From assembly GCA_038523235.1 (NCBI GenBank), contig JBCBJQ010000079.1, positions 1-27,081 of the forward strand: a stretch of DNA of 27,081 nt, read 5' to 3'. Within the stretch, counting starts at the first letter, position 1, and each line of letters begins with the position of its first letter. Below are positions 26,334 to 27,081 of this stretch, piece by piece. Under the pieces are notes generated by a model, which saw only the letters and a program-made list of their open reading frames with translations, did not search any database and had not been told where the DNA came from. Source of the stretch: Cyanobacteria bacterium J06626_4. Its GTDB lineage: Bacteria > Cyanobacteriota > Cyanobacteriia > Phormidesmidales > Phormidesmidaceae. The translations under genes and the position numbers were made by a program.

Positions 26334-26574
26334 CACCGGCTTCAAACAGTTTCAAGGTGCCGCAACCTCAGCACCAGGAACATGCCAGCGGGCAAGGAGG
26401 CAGAATTTGTGGCAGTGGTTTGAGGCATTCGCCCAATTAGAGACAATCAGCTTAGCGATGCAGTCGGCGTAGGCAGGCCGAACCGCGATCGTCACCATCT
26501 ATTTTGCAACCTCTCAAAATAGATAAAAGCAACCATTTACCAGCGTTATCAGACACTGCTGAAGTATACCGACT

Positions 26575-27081
26575 TCATCCCAAGGTTGACTCAGTTTCAG
26601 TTAGACGGGGGCTAAACAAAGTTTCTTTGATCTTCCTCTGAATATTCCGGTTTACATAGCAATCACTATTAAGGCAATCCATTAGCAATTTGTTGGCATT
26701 GTAATAATCCAACAATATATCTAGCTGAACTGGGTTAAAGTTCCAGTCATGCCCGACATCACGATGCTCGATTACAGCATGTCTTAATTTAGTCGCCCAG
26801 TAACGCAGGTGTTCCATCCAGTCTTCTAACATGCACCATTGCTGAAATTGATGCGAAGTTTCTAGAATCTTTGCCCAGTCGCTTCGAAATTCAGCGCTGA
26901 TTGATGAGTCTTGACGCATCATTCTGTCAATCTTCTTCAGATTTTTCTCTATTCTAAGTAGGGTTTGCATGTATTCAGGACTGGAAACTGGCATTTTCAG
27001 AAATTTACTGACACTGTTAAGCACAATAATCAGGATTCGATCTAAGTCCATTTCAGGATTCAGAGACTCAGCATTGACTGG
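26575..27081 (-). CDS. C-terminal part of a probable NACHT-domain NTPase (5' end outside window)
   Basis: Frame is open to the window edge. W-x-x-KLR...IEHRDVGHDWNF...YYNANKLLMDCLNSDCYV...I-x-ETL matches, from memory, the C-terminal helical domain of cyanobacterial NACHT proteins. The NTPase domain itself is not visible. Confidence 0.75.
   Translation of the reverse strand, partial: PVNAESLNPEMDLDRILIIVLNSVSKFLKMPVSSPEYMQTLLRIEKNLKKIDRMMRQDSSISAEFRSDWAKILETSHQFQQWCMLEDWMEHLRYWATKLRHAVIEHRDVGHDWNFNPVQLDILLDYYNANKLLMDCLNSDCYVNRNIQRKIKETLFSPRLTETESTLG

Larger units (their letters stand above)
1..27081. repeat. HIP1 octamer GCGATCGC dispersed through the window (cyanobacterial signature)
   Basis: Roughly twenty copies seen by eye, e.g. 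near 5103, 5190, 12781, 18020, 20191 and 24653. Confidence 0.85.

Noticed and set aside
1..27081. CRISPR array, tRNA or rRNA genes
   Set aside because: No regularly spaced direct repeats, cloverleaf or rRNA signatures were seen.

Overview
A window from a cyanobacterium, probably filamentous: the HIP1 octamer GCGATCGC recurs throughout and a sepJ/fraG homologue is present. The first 9.3 kb is a five-gene co-directional cluster: an Amt ammonium transporter; a Cache-HAMP membrane receptor whose class III cyclase domain looks catalytically dead; an MscS channel with a degenerate cNMP-binding domain; an animal-GLS-like glutaminase (EF-hand, glutaminase core, duplicated ankyrin block); and an L-amino-acid-oxidase-type flavoprotein. 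This cluster is the best candidate for an undescribed amino-acid/ammonium sensing and handling system. A perfect 39-bp inverted repeat lies just upstream. After the cluster come a decayed IS1 carrying two tiny insertions, mutS2, an intact Cache-HAMP-HK-REC-adenylate cyclase, a bestrophin-family channel, an AI-2E transporter, sepJ, an ECF sigma/RskA-type anti-sigma pair, a Cys-less MerR regulator with a divergent beta-propeller gene, and the 3' end of a NACHT-type protein. Several REP/MITE-like palindromic elements lie between genes. All calls come from motif recognition by eye; no searches were run.
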